A DNA stretch of 64,000 bases from Raja brachyura (lineage: Eukaryota). Positions 1 through 13,014 of the stretch are shown here, piece after piece (within the stretch, counting starts at the first letter, position 1; the number at the start of each line of letters is the position of its first letter). The notes under the pieces are model-generated. The model searched no databases and was not told the DNA's origin. It was given only the letters and a program-made list of their open reading frames with translations. The stretch is taken from NCBI GenBank assembly GCA_963514005.1, contig OY740804.1, positions 5,146,001 to 5,210,000 of the forward strand, written 5' to 3'. Both the position numbers and the translations under genes were made by a program.

Positions 1-345
1 TACGGACCGAGCGAAGGTGTTCGGCGAAACGATCGCCCAGCCTCCGCTTGGTCTCACCGATGTAGATCAGCTGGCATCTGGAGCAATGGATGCAGTAGAT
101 GAGGTTGGAGGAGGTGCAGGTGAACCTCTGTCGGACTTGGAATGAGTGCTTGGGTCCCTGAAAGGAGTGGATGGGGGAGGTGAAGGGACAAGTGTAGCAT
201 CTCTTGCGGTTGCAAGGGAAAGTGCCCGGGGAAGGAGTGGAGCGGGAGGGAAGGGAAGAATTGACAAGGGAGTTGCGGAGGGAGCGGTCTTTGCGGAAGG
301 CAGACAGGGGGGGGGGGGGGGGGGAGATGGGAAGATGTGGCGAGT
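1..345 (-). mobile_element. Penelope-like retroelement fragment (GIY-YIG endonuclease region)
   Basis: Reverse complement of 1-70 translates LIYIGETKRRLGDRFAEHLRSV, the GIY-YIG signature of Penelope elements. Confidence 0.8.
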
Positions 346-351
346 GGAGCA

Positions 352-3075
352 GTCAGAGTAATAAGCATCTTTAAGATCAATGAATGCCATAAAACATCCC
401 CTGCAAATTAGCTGTTTTGCCATTATTAAACTTTCCATTTTGAAATGTTTGTACTGCACAAAGGTATTAAGTTGGGTTAAGTCCAAAATAATGCGACCCC
501 ATCCTTCTTATCCCTAGGGAAAATATTGGATACAAATTCATGAGGTTCATGACTGTTTCATTCAATCACTCTTTTAGCACATAACTTTACAATTTCAGCC
601 TGAACTTCCAAATCATCTTGTTTTGAATGAGCAAAGGTACAGTTTGGAGCATGCTGCGTGGGTGGGAGAGAGCCCACAAATTCAATTTTGAACCCCTCTA
701 TATAGCAATGTTACAAAATTTTGAGATTTTAAAAATCAAGTCAGCAATTTATTCCATCAAATAAAGCTTAAAAAGAAGTTTAATTTGACACCTAATTCAC
801 TTTCATATCTTCAGTATTAAGAAAGCTATGACCATTTTCATACTCGGAAATTAGCATCTTGTTCCCCATTGCCTTTCAATTGACTTAACTCAAAAGCTGT
901 GATCTAGAACCGTTAAAAGCCCGTAACTTTCTTAAAAATTAAGAGAACGGAATGAAATTTTCAGTTATTATAGATTGAAGCATTCTGAAACAAATATGAA
1001 ACCATCTTACTTGGATGACCTGAAATTAAAGCATATAATTAGTTAGTTATCTAATTGTAGCTAATTACAAAATCCAATGAGTAGATCTAAACATCTATCC
1101 ATTTCTTAAGAAAAGATAAACTTTTTTTAAATTGCCTAAGTGTCCAAATAACATACACACAATAATCCACAATATATCATAATTTTTAAATCTCATTTTC
1201 ATGAATTTCTGGGCCAAATTGAATGAATTAATGACCATTTAAATCAACTAGCGAGTGGGTTTTAGTGGAATGCGGTGGATTGGAACGTTGTGGTTTGCTG
1301 TGAAGACGGTATAAAAAATACAGCCGGTTCATACATTTTTTTTGGACCCCATTTCGCAACATGAAAATATTATTAAAGCCTCCATAAAAAACAACTTTTA
1401 ATATAAAAATAAACTATTTACCTTTTTTTCTCCCCTACGCAAAATCCTTCCCGTTGTCGGCTCTCACGGCTTTTGAAGGTGATTTTTAAATTACTCTAGA
1501 TAATAAATAATCTAGCGTAATTTAAAAATACCTTCATTAATGAAATGCCGGAGCGATTTTTCTTCCGCAACGAAATCGCCCGACATTGATCGATTTGCCC
1601 AGTCTGCAGAAAAACGGCACTTTAAGCCCGCCCCCCTCTGAAAGGCGCCAATGTCGCGCACACGGGGAGCGGCAGAACTGCAGCGCTGCTCAAGGTAAGT
1701 TTTGTAACATACCTACTCTATATTGTGCAGTATGAACAAGTCAGAAGTTAACCACTGCCACTCATGCACAAAGAAACGTAACCTACCACCAACATGCAAT
1801 GGACCCACACCCAGTATGTTACATTGAGACCCAGACCCACCTACCTCCGCATTGGTCGGTGGATTCTGGACATTTATTTCCTTCCCCGATGTTTGGGGAG
1901 TTGAGGTGCTGGTGAGCGCCAGCTGTGCATCTTGGCTGTAGGCCAGCTCGGGCCATGTCCTAAAAAAGATCTCTGGCCGATTCTTTGGTTCTTCAAGTTG
2001 GAGGTAGTCTCCGCAGTAGGTTTTCCGCTGGTCGAGGCGTAGGGGTGCTGGCGTCAGAACGATGACTGTCTGTTAGGTGGTGGAGCCCGCAGTAGCACCA
2101 CAGCCTTCAACTCATAGTCCAAATCCTTCACCTGCCTGGACAGGTCTTCTCCAAACAGCAAATTGGGCGGCTGCACATTACTGGCCTTACACAACTTGGG
2201 GTTGAGAACAGGACGAATGGCATTCTTACGAAAATAATTAATTTCGAACTGTGCATTGCACAACAATGCCATTGCGTCCCGTTGAGCCTCCGATAATTGC
2301 TAGGAGCATGGTACTTCATGGCTGTCTCCATCATGACTTGCTCCTGAAACTGATGGGAAGCAAGATAGTTAATGCTGGCTGCGAGCTCTTCTTCCAGCGG
2401 CTCCCCAACCAGCGACGGCATTGCAAACTTAGTGACCATAGTTGGCACTTCCGCATCCCGCGGGTCTCGCACCGAGCGGTCCTCCGCCCGTGACTGGTGG
2501 TCTATGCTCCCGTCCTCTGACGGGGACACATAATGCAGCCCTGCACCAGGCGCTGCTGCGAGCTCTCGAGGCCCGCTGAGATATGCCTCCTGACCAGAGG
2601 GCACATCATGTTGGAGCATCTTCTCCAGAAGATGCTCCATGTGGGAAAGGCATCTGCCGACGCTTCCCGCTCGGGGAGGCGAACACTCACGGCCGGACTC
2701 ATTGCAGTCCACTGGCCTGTTGGACTTGCACTTGGCCTTCCCGACCTGCGGGGCAGCCACAGTGCTGTCCATGGGCACCGAGCCCGGGGTCACTGGCTGT
2801 GGAGTCAGCGACCTCGACGGTGAAGCGGACTGCCGCCCGCTGACCACACTGCCACGGTCTTCGGAAGCGGTTCTCCCTGCAGCCCGTCGAGACTTCACCT
2901 TTTCCATGACCTTCTTGCTGTAAAACAGAAGAAGGAAAAACGACCGCAGACTAAGTTTGAGACTTACCTGGAGGCCTTTTTAAAACTACCGCTGGTGGAG
3001 CGACGCGCCACCAGCCAGTCAGAACGCCATGCGTTAGACATAAATGGACGCGCGTGCGCGGCTGACGGGTTCTTC
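352..3075 (-). mobile_element. DIRS retrotransposon copy 1, truncated (gag and N-terminal RT), interrupted by a MITE
   Basis: ORF 2128-2907 is homologous to the gag of the other two DIRS copies (LAASINYL, IRPVLNPK..CK, LLFGEDL). ORF 67-486 gives DLTQLNTFVQYKHFKME..IDLKDAYYS (RT). ITR-like sequence lies at ~3040-3075. Confidence 0.88.
703..1715. mobile_element. ~1 kb non-autonomous DNA transposon (MITE), 16-bp imperfect TIR, 7-bp TSD
   Basis: Termini TAGCAATGTTACAAAA ... TTTTGTAACATACCTA, flanked by CTCTATA at 696-702 and 1716-1722. It splits the DIRS RT region. Confidence 0.88.
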
Positions 3076-4340
3076 CCAGAAAAGTGCTGGAGTTGGTCAG
3101 GCAGCATCTCTGCGGAACATTGATGGGCGACGATTTGGGTCGGGACCCTTCTGGGGACTTGGAACATCGTGGTGTGGGCACGGGTACAAAGGTAAGGCCT
3201 CTGCTGAGGACTGAGGGGAGAAATCGGTGTGAGTTCAGCTGGGGAACAGGGGAGGGGGATGTGGGGGAGAAAGGGGAGGGGAAAGTACGGGGTGTTAGAG
3301 GTTGCGTAAAATTGGAGAATTCAATGTTCATACCACTGGGTTGGAAGCTCCCCATTCAGAATATGAGCAGCATGGCTGCTGGAAATTACTTTCAAGAGTG
3401 CATCATTTGAATTGTTAGTGCTTTAAATGTTTCCTCTATTTAATAATTCACTATTATAAAACTATTATCATCATTTGAAACCATTCTTCCTCAATATGTC
3501 ACCCATTCCTTCTCTCCAGAGGTGCTGCCTGTGTCGCTGAGTTACTTCAGCATCTTGTGTCTAGCTTTGATTTAAACCAGCATCTTCATTTATTTCCTGC
3601 ACACTTCCTCAATCCTATCCCTTTATCATGCACGCTCTTTGTATAACTTTAGCTTATAGTTCCCTGCTTCCTAGTTACAGTATTGGGGGACCATCAAAAA
3701 GCTCGGTGACTAGATTTACCTGTTGTTTTGATTATTTCTATAAAATGTTTCACATCACTGCTGTATAAAAACTGATTACTACGTAAAATTGTTATATATG
3801 TTGTTATATGTTAAGTGTCGGAAACAAATGTTGTGTGGGAGTGAAGATAGACACAAAAAGCAAAAGTAACTCAGCGGGTTAGGCGACATCTCTGGAGAAA
3901 AGGAATAGGTGACCTTTTGGATCGAGACCCTTCTTCAGACTGATAGTCAGGGAGGGAGAAATTGTTTAGAATTTACAATTTTAGAATAACGTTTATTGTC
4001 ATTTGAACCTAGGTTCAAACAAAATTACGTTTCTGCAGTCATACAAACAAGAAAAAAACCCAAGACACTTAATTAACACAATTTACATAAACACCTCCTC
4101 ACTGTGATGGAAGGCAAAGTCTTGTCTCTCCTCTGTACTTTATTCTTCTCCCGATGTTAAATGAGCGATATGAAAAGGTGCGTAGAACAAATGAATGAAA
4201 TGTATGAAATGAAAAAACAAATCAAAGCCAGCATTGATGATCAAGGAAACGTGGAGCCCACAATGATCCATTGTTGGCTGTGGAGAACGTGATAAGGAGT
4301 GAGACAGCGAAACTGTGCAGGATGATAGTTAACCAATATG

Positions 4341-5348
4341 TAGCAATTTTACAAAATGTTGAGATTTAAAAAATCAAGTCTGCAATTTATCCCATCAGAT
4401 AAAGCATAAAAAGAAGTTTAATTTTACACCAGGTTTAATTTGGCCATTTTCATTAGCATCTTGTTCCTTATTGCTTTTCCATTGACTTAACACAAAAGCT
4501 GTGATCAAGGACATTCAAAAGCCCATAACTTTCTTAAAAATTAAGAGAACAGAATGAAATTTTCAGTTATTATAGATTGAAGCATTTTGAAACAAATATG
4601 AAACAATCCTAATTGGATGACCTGAAATTAAAGCATATAATTAGTTAGTTACCTAATTGTAGCTAATTACAAAATTCAATTACTAGATCTAAACATCTAT
4701 CCATTTCTTAAGAAAAGGTTAACATTTAAAAAAAACCTAAGTGTCCAAATAACATTCACACAAAAATTCACAATATAACATGATTTTTAAATCTCATTAT
4801 CATGAATTTATAGGCCAAATTGAAGGAATTTAGTGTTTAATTCTCGTAAATCAATGGCCATTTAAATCAACTTGCGAGTGGGTTTTTGTGGAAAGCGATC
4901 CTTCGGAACGTTGCGGTTTGCGGTGAATTTAACGCCCAGTCGACAGGAAAAAGACTGCCGGTTCGTATATTTTTTTTGTCACCTTTTCGCAACATGAAAT
5001 TTTGATTAAAGGCTTCCTAAGAAGCACGTTTTTATGTAAAAATAAACTGTGTACCTTCTTTTGTCCGCTACGTAAGATCCGTCCCGTTGTCGGCGTTCAC
5101 GGCTTTAGAAGATGATTTTTAAATTACTCATGCTAATACATTATTCAGTGTAGTTTAAAAATAACTCCATAAAACAAATGTCGGAGCGATTTCTCTTCAG
5201 CAACTAAATCCCCTGAGATTAATCGATTTGAATGGTCTGGAGAAAAACGGCATTTTAAACCCGCCCCCCTCTCAAAGGCACCAAAGTCGCGCACACGGGC
5301 AGTGGCAGAAGTGCAGCGCCGCTAGAGGTAAGTTTTGTAACATACCTA
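4341..5348. mobile_element. Second copy of the ~1 kb MITE with 7-bp TSD
   Basis: Colinear with 703-1715 along its length, same termini, TSD CAATATG at 4334-4340 and 5349-5355. Confidence 0.88.
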
Positions 5349-5700
5349 CAATATGACGACTAGGCTGGGTGGAGAGGGGATGCAAGGGTTACCTGAAGTT
5401 GGAGAAATCAATATTCATACCGCTGGGTTGTAAGCTGCCCCAGTGATAGATGTTCCTCTAATTTATGTGTGGCCTCACTTTGACTGTGAAGGAGGCCCAG
5501 CTCAGAATGGGAAGGGGAGTGAAAGTGTTTAGCAACAGGGAGTTCACTTTGTGTGTCGTTGTACATCGTGTGGTTTGCTGCAGCCACAGTTCTTGAATCA
5601 GTAACTTCCTGTCTGCTGTAGATCTGCCCACATGCAAAACCAACATCAATATAACTGAGCTGAGCACTAGTTTTAACCACAGGCTTTGCTTTTAACTAGA

Positions 5701-8700
5701 ATTTTACTTCGGAGTCACGTGAGTGACTACGTGAAGACCCCGCCAGCACGCATGCGCGACATATCGTCGTTCGCATGCGGAAGCGACAGTCGGGAGGAGC
5801 GGGGCTCCTCCAGTGTAAGTTTTAAAAAACTTACGAAAGGTAAGACTCACCGGAGTGGTGAGCGTGGCATTTCAGGATGGAATCGCGAAGAGCAGCGGCA
5901 AGAGCTGCTGCCATGGAGAGCAGCAAGCAGCGTGCCGCTTCTCCTGAGCTGCAGGTGCTACCTGCAGCTCCCGACTTCTCGCCCGTAAGGGCCGCTGGTT
6001 CGCCACGGACAGGCGGTAAATCCACCCGAGGACACCCCGCTCGCTGATAGCGACGGAGGTTGGTTTGCCCGCATGGAGCGGATGGTGGAGCAATTGCTCC
6101 AGTGTGACCTGCTTTTGCAGGGGCAGGGTCACGGTGGGCCTCTTCGCAGGCCCACGGCAGGATCCTATTATGGACTGCCTAATGTCTCACCCTCTTCGCA
6201 GGGGAGCATTGGGGGTCAGAACTGGGCTGACCCTGAAGAGGGGGAGTTGGCTGAACAACCAACAGTGTCAGGGGTGCAAGAAGAGTTACTGGATATGGTA
6301 AGCAAACATGCAGTTCCTTCTCAAAAAGGTCTACCTATCCACCCTAAGCTGGCAGCTAGTATCAATTATATGACTACAAACCAGCTTCAGGAGCAAGCCA
6401 TCAATGCTACAGCTGATAAGTATCTTGCTCCTGAAAATTGTAACTCGCTGATTGTTCCCGCGGTGAATAACCCTATTTGGGGGAACATGAGCCCTACGAT
6501 TAGAGGGCAAGAAGTCAAACTTCAGAGGATCCTGAAGCTTTTGACCGCCGGAATTACAGCAGTGGCCAGAACTGCGGTGGGAATAGAGCTACCGGAAGAA
6601 TTACAGGATGCTCTGGCCTTACTGTGTAACACACAGTTTGAGATAAAAAACTACAGGAAGAGCATTATCAAACCGGCACTCAACCCCAAATTTGCGGGGT
6701 TATGCAAACCAGGTAACGCTCAACCACCAAATCTGCTGTTCGGAGATAACCTCCCCAAACAGGTGAAAGACCTGGACGAAGAGGCCAAGGCCCGCACTAC
6801 CAACAGCGACAGCACCCCTACACACCCACCGGACAGCGATATCACAACAGATCGTCCGGTGGTGAAAGCTCGAAGGCCGGCCCACCTGCACAACAGCCTT
6901 TTTTAGGCCATGGCCCAGCCCGGCCTTCTTGGAAAATGCGCCACCCCTACAACGCAGCAACTCAACAGATGAAACACCGGCAATAACCTTGGAGGTAGGT
7001 GGGTCTGCCTCCCCCAGGAACATCGTTTGTCTAAATTCATCTTATGTGGGAGGCCGGTTGCACTTGTTTTATGAAGTATGGCGCACTTTTACCTCTGATC
7101 CTTACATACTCGGAAGTATTCAGGGCTATAAAATTGAATTCATTTACGAACTCCCTACCCCGGTCCAGCATTCGCCTAGCTGAAGGTTTATACTTTCACA
7201 AAAAGAAAGAACGGCGGGCCATGCTGAACTATTAAGACTAATTAGCAAAGGGGTAATTGAGAGAACCACCAGAGAATCACAGGAGTTCGTATCTAATATA
7301 TTTACCAAAAATAAAAAGACGGCGGATGCCGCATAATCATAGATCTGACCGAACTGAATACTTCTGTTCAGTATGTTCATTTCAAAATGGACACTTTCGA
7401 CACAGCCAGACAGCTAATAGCTTATGGGTACTACATGGCATGCATTGACCTCAAAGATGCATACTATTCAGTACCAATACACAAGGATCATAGGAAATAC
7501 CTTAAATTTATCTGGATGGGACAATTATGGCAATATAAAGCCTTACACAATGGGTTATCATCAGCACCCAGGCTGTTCACCAAATTATTGAAACCAGCTT
7601 TGGCCTATTTAAGGAAACAAAATCATACTGTTATGGCCTACTTTGATGATATCCTCATTGTCGGGGAGAATTTGGAAACGGCTACATTGGCAGTTCTAGC
7701 CACAAAACATCTCTTTCAAAAGCTGGGGTTCATCATACATCCAGATAAATCAAAGTTGGAACCCTCTACTACCATGGATTACTTGGGGTTCACCATTGAC
7801 TCGGTGCAAATGTCTACCACCTTACCACCGAACAAGGTGGTGGACTTGATAGGAGCTTGCAGAAGCCTTTCTGGCATCAGGGATCCATCCATACGGCAGG
7901 TGGCCATGGTAATTGGGAAGATAGTGGCTGCTTTTCCCGCAGCGCAATTCGGACCACTACATTATCAAAACCTACAAAGAGCTAAAATTATAGCTCTCAA
8001 TAGTCATGCATGCCATTTCGACAGGCCTATGAAGTTATCAGAAAAGGCTTGAATTGAATTGGTGGATGGGAAATGCTCAATTCTGTTCCAAACCCATCAC
8101 TATCATGAATCCCTCGGTTACATTACAGACTGATGCCAGTGTTAAAGGTGGGGAGCAGCTAATACCACCACTAGTTGTGGTGGCAGATGGAGTGCACAAG
8201 ATTTAACCCTGTTGGGAGCACTAGGGGTTAATTATCTAGAAATGCTGGGAGCATTTCATGGACTCCGGGCCTACTGCTTAGATATGCACCAGTTGCATGT
8301 ACGGTTACAAATTAATAATACCACAGTGGTGGCCTATATTAATCATATGTGTGGAATAAAAACAATATCATGTGATGAATTGCCTAATTACATCTGGCAC
8401 TGGTGTCTGGATAGAGAGATTTGGATCTCAGCCACTTACCTTTCAGATAAACTAAATACGGTGGCGAACACCAGGTCATGCTATTCAACGACAGCATTGA
8501 ATGGATGTTGGATCGGGACCCGGGGCCAGCAGCGATGGATGTTTCTCGCTGCATTGGGGGGGATTGTTTGCTATGAATTCCCCCCTTTTGCCTCATCAGT
8601 CGGGTCTTACAAAAAATGTAATAGACTCCGCAACGGGTATTTCGGGTTTCCCGACTGGCCTACCCAACCATGGTCCCCAGCAGTACTAAGATGGCCGCAG

Positions 8701-10243
8701 AACACTGCTTTCGGATCCTCAAACGGCCGGGCCTGTTGGCACACCCTGTGACGGGTAAGTCATCCGTGCCATGATCGCATTAACCTATTGATGCTGTTTC
8801 TGAACAGGCCATTTCTGGACTTCGGATACTCCGACAGGACGATCAATGTCATCACATCGTCGTGCAGGGAGTCCACCAGGGACAGCACTGACATATGTCA
8901 GAAGATGGGAGTGTTCTGCTTTAGAACAAACACTTCATATGACTCGGCCACCATCACTGCAGTGCTGGAGTTCTGGCCACCCTTCATTCCATGAAGGTTT
9001 GAGCTACAGTGCCATTAAATTTGCAAGGAATGCCCTACCTACTAACCTGGACCGAGGGAGTGATCACCTGCCTATAGGATCACACCCACTGGTATCATAC
9101 TTATGAGGGGTATTAATTCTATTCCCCCAGGGCCAGATACACCCATACATGGGACTTAGGCATAGAATTTATTATGCTTCGAGGATGGACACCAATATCG
9201 GGGCTCACTCTGGATAACTACATATAATATGGTTATGTTTATGGCACTTGTAACAGCACAACGGGTCCAGTCTTTATAAAGCTAAGTATGTATGCCATGT
9301 GTTTACCTATGGTAGATAACCTTTCTGATACAGGGGTACTCAAACTATATCGACCCAGTTCCTCTGGCCTTAAATTATCATTCTGGCCTACCCTGCAGAT
9401 AGTCGTCTCTGCATTGTGACATATATTTTACGATATAGAAGGAACCAAGAATCTAGGGGCACGGAGAGGACTTTACCCATAAGCCACAAACGCCCTCATC
9501 ATAAGGTCACAGTGCAAGCCACTTCGAGTTGGTTAAGGGTGGTATTGGGTGCAGCGGAGATGGACACTGATGATTTAAATCTCACTCCACCAGGGCTGCA
9601 TCCACGTCGGCGGCTAGGATGATGGGAGTTCCTATGGACCACATCCTTGCTACAGCGGGTTGGAGCAGTGAACGGACTTTTCAGCACTTTTATTATAAAC
9701 CCGTGGCCGCTCCTGAGACGTTTGCAGGGGAAAATGTTAAGTTTCTGTTACATGATTTACCCAATGTGGGGCATATCATTTTAGGTATGATTAAATACCT
9801 TCTTTGTTTTTCAGCACAGTATCATGTCTGAAATACGTTCATCCTCCATCACTAGCATGGCAGTGTGTGACCATGGACTCGTTCCAGGGCATGAAATCAC
9901 AGAGCTTTGAAATCTTCACGTAGTCACTCACGTGACTCCGAAGTAAAATAGTAGGATTAAATGAGAACTTACCAGTTTGAAGTTTGATTTTTATTTTATG
10001 AGGAGTTACGATGAGGGATTACGTGCCCTCCGCTCCCAGAACCCTCTATTATAAAGTTCAACTGGTATGGAAGTTCTCTCTTATCTTACTATATTAGTCT
10101 ACGTTGCTATCTGTGATTTCACACCACTGCTTTGAAGAATGTCGCGCATGCGTGCTGGCGGGGTCTTCACGTAATCCCTCATCGTAACTCCTCATAAAAT
10201 AAAGATCAAACTTCAAACTGGTAAGTTCTCATTTAATCTTACT
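5701..10243 (+). mobile_element. DIRS retrotransposon copy 2, full-length but degenerate (gag, RT/RNaseH, MT, tyrosine recombinase)
   Basis: Left end 5701-5762 and right ITR ~10139-10173 are inverted. The internal complementary region 9914-10025 matches both termini, and ATT is repeated at both junctions. gag is 5877-6906, RT has YFDD in 7387-8052, and YR remnants (ATAGWS..FQHFYYKP) lie at 8800-9740. Many frameshifts. Confidence 0.93.
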
Positions 10244-10753
10244 ATTTAATGTGTTTTCTTAACCACCACTGTAGTCATATAAGGGCTCCTTTGTTCTGAC
10301 GATAAGAATGATTGGTCAAAGCTGTTTAACAAAAAGTTAAGTGGCTCTGAGTTCCTCCCACATCCCAAAGACGTGCGGGTTTGTGGGACAATTGGCCTCT
10401 GTAAATTGCACCTGGTGTATAGGGAGTGGATGTGTAAGTGGTTACGTATTTTCAAGAACGAACTGCAGATGCTGGCAAAATCGACGGTAGACAAAAATGC
10501 TGGAGGAACTCAGCGTGTGAGGCAGCATCTATGGAGCAAAGGAATAGGTGACGTTTTGGGTCAAGCCCCTTCTTCAGACTGTGTAACAGAACTAGTGTTA
10601 ACGGGTGATTGATTGACGGTCGACGTGAACTGGATTTCATGCTTTATCTCTGGACTCCAAACAAAGCCCAATGTGCCGCTAAGGGGGAGAGAAATCCTCA
10701 ATTATATTTAAGAGCCCTGTCCCAAATAACAATAACAAGCTCAGATTTGTTAC

Positions 10754-11050
10754 CTTTGCTTTCTCTCTGATTTATCTTGGCGCGGGATTAACTGGTTTAT
10801 GCCAGTCAATGTGCCAACTGCATGGATAATGTTTCCCCATCTCTGCTCGACGCCACACATGAAACAACTTGCACAACTCTGAAATGGGGCCCTTCGATCT
10901 GTCACCTCCATGCTAAACCTTGTACTCTGATCTAGTTTGCCTGCAGTAGGTCCATTTCCATCAGTGCTTTGCATACTTAAGGGTCTAAATATAATACAGT
11001 AAACCTTTGTTGTAACGGGGAGAATGGTGTCCGTTATAGCTGATTGTCTG
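10754..11050 (-). pseudogene. Possible degenerate Ig-V/stalk exon of a third CD300/pIgR-like paralog
   Basis: 297-nt open segment bounded by TTGTAG and GTAAC. Translation includes STDG..TRFSMEVTD..FMCGVEQRWGNIIHAV (E/F/G-strand-like). Ends AAAGCAAAG|gt like the stalk exon AAAGCAAG|gt. Lacks the B-strand Cys and C-strand Trp. Confidence 0.3.
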
Positions 11051-11161
11051 CTACAACAGAGTGTAATATGTGGCATTTCATGTGTAGAGACCCAACAATA
11101 ACATTTAGGCTGAGCAAGGATTGTACTGACAGAGGCGCCTGTTCTTCAGCTGAAACATTAA

Positions 11162-11456
11162 AGCACGGTGGCGCAGCGGTAGAGTCGCTGCCTCGCAGCT
11201 ACAGCGCCAGAGACCCGGGTTCGATCCTGACTACGGGGTGCTGTCTGTATGGAGTTTTCACCTTCTCCCCGTGACCCGCTTCGGTTTCCTGCCACACTCC
11301 TAAGACGTACAAGTTTGTAGGCTAATTGGTATAAATGTAAATCGTGTCCAGTGTGTGTGTAGGATAGTGTTAATGTGCAGGGATCGCTGGTCGGTGCGGA
11401 CTCGGTGGGCGGAAGGGCCTGTTTCCGTTCTGTATCTCTAAACTAACCTAAACTAA
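11162..11456 (+). mobile_element. tRNA-derived SINE (HE1/V-SINE-like); representative of many copies, e.g. 14787-15090, 15835-16115, 26040-26300(-), 28130-28400, 31297-31560, 47709-48115, 49698-49975
   Basis: A box (GGTGGCGCAGCGGTAGAG) and B box (GGTTCGATCC), conserved body, (CTAAA)n tail. Confidence 0.85.
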
Positions 11457-11559
11457 GCAAAGGTCCAAGGCCGAGGAAGTGGCACGGGGTGGCGTCGGCA
11501 GCCCAGCCTGGCAGTGAAGTTCGGTCGGTCTCTCCGCTATAATCGGTGCCATATAAAGA

Positions 11560-11946
11560 GAGGGGATCTGATAGAAACATATAAAATTCCTAAGGGATTG
11601 GACAGGCTCGATGCAGGAAAAATGTTTCCCGTGTCGGGGGAGTCCAGAACCAGGTTTCACACAGCTTAAGAATAAGAGGTAGGCCATTTAGGACTGAGAT
11701 GCGGAAAATCTTTCTCACCCAGAGAGTCGTGAATCTGTGGAATTCTCTGCCACAGAAGGTAGTGGAGGCCAATTCACTGGATGTACTCAAGAAAGTATTA
11801 GATATTCTTAGGGCTAATGGAATCAAGGGATATGGGGAGAAAGCAGGAACGGGAACTGATTCTGGATGATCAGCCATGATCATATTGAATGGTGGTGCTG
11901 GCTCAAAGGTCCGAATGGCCTACTCCACCTATTTTCTATGTTTCTA
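11560..11946 (+). mobile_element. CR1-clade LINE 3' fragment (HER1-like)
   Basis: GDLIETYKIL..FF.QRVVNLWNSLP-type C-terminus, conserved 3'UTR hairpin, TTTCTATG tail. Confidence 0.8.
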
Positions 11947-12645
11947 CAAAGAGGTCTGTAAAAACGAGGTGTTTCCTGTAATTGTATCGGACTCCACCAC
12001 TCATTTATCATTCAAGTCAGGAGGTGTGACTTGATGGGGAACTTGGTGACCCTGTGGTCCATCAACCACTTTCTTCAAATCAAATTAAAGAACATTTTTC
12101 AGGAACTTCATGAGTTCCCCAAATTCAAAACCAAATGACACGTCAATTAAAAAAAAATATTCATTCATAAGGTTATAAGTGCAAGGAGTAGAATTAGGCC
12201 TTTCGGCCCATCAAGTCTACTCTGCCATTCAATCATGGCTGATCTGTCTCTCCTTCCTAACCCCATTCTCCTGCCTTCTGGCCATAACATCTGACATCTG
12301 CACCTATTCTGCAGAATCAGAGTGAACATTAATAGCGAAGAGCAGAGAACTCAGATGGTTAATTGGAAATGATGGGTGAAAGGACGTTGGTTAACTTTCG
12401 ATCAAGGTCTGGTAAAAAGGCAAATTGGAAAAAGAATTAGCACATTAACCACAATAGTCTTTTTTTTGAAGAGTGCTCGAACAATTTATTTGTTGCTTTG
12501 CAGATACATATGACAATTAAACACACAGGAGGTTAAGGGGTGGTTCTATAGAGATGTTTAAAATCATGAGGGGAATTGATGGGATGAATACACAGTCTTT
12601 TGCTCAGAGTGGAGGAATCAAGAACCAGCGGGCATGGGCTCAAGG

Positions 12646-13014
12646 CAAGGGTTCCCAACCTGGGGTAAATTTTGTCTAACCCGGGGTTACATTTGTTGAT
12701 TTGGGATTTATTTGTACATATTTGTTCTCATTGATTGACTATGTTTGGTTCTGGTATAGCGGTATCTGTTCATCATTAGTTGGTCATGAATAAGTGAAAT
12801 AACATTGGTATGTGCTATTAAAGTTGCCAGGAGGGTAGGAGATTGCAACCTTCACGTGGTCCGCCCTGTTTCAACCAATACAATCAACCTGGCGTGTACA
12901 ATCAAATAAGATCAAATAGAACAAGTTGTCCGACAACTTTAGGATGTGTGCGCCATACGCAAGAAGAAGAAGGTTGCCAGGGTTAAACGGGACGAAAAAG
13001 GTTGGGAACCCCTG
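12646..13014. mobile_element. hAT (Charlie-like) MITE inserted in a CR1 fragment
   Basis: TIR CAAGGGTTCCCAACCT / AGGTTGGGAACCCCTG; degenerate 8-bp TSD GCTCAAGG/GTTTAAGG. Confidence 0.75.
12832..12972 (+). mobile_element. ~140-bp GAA-tailed short retroposon (second copy at 30586-30720)
   Basis: TSD GTTGCCAGG (12823-12831, 12973-12981), (GAA)n tail. The second copy has a 14-bp TSD AGGAGGCTGAGGGG. Confidence 0.75.

Noticed and set aside
11162-11240. tRNA-like sequence with A and B boxes
   Set aside because: It is the head of a multi-copy SINE, not a tRNA gene.
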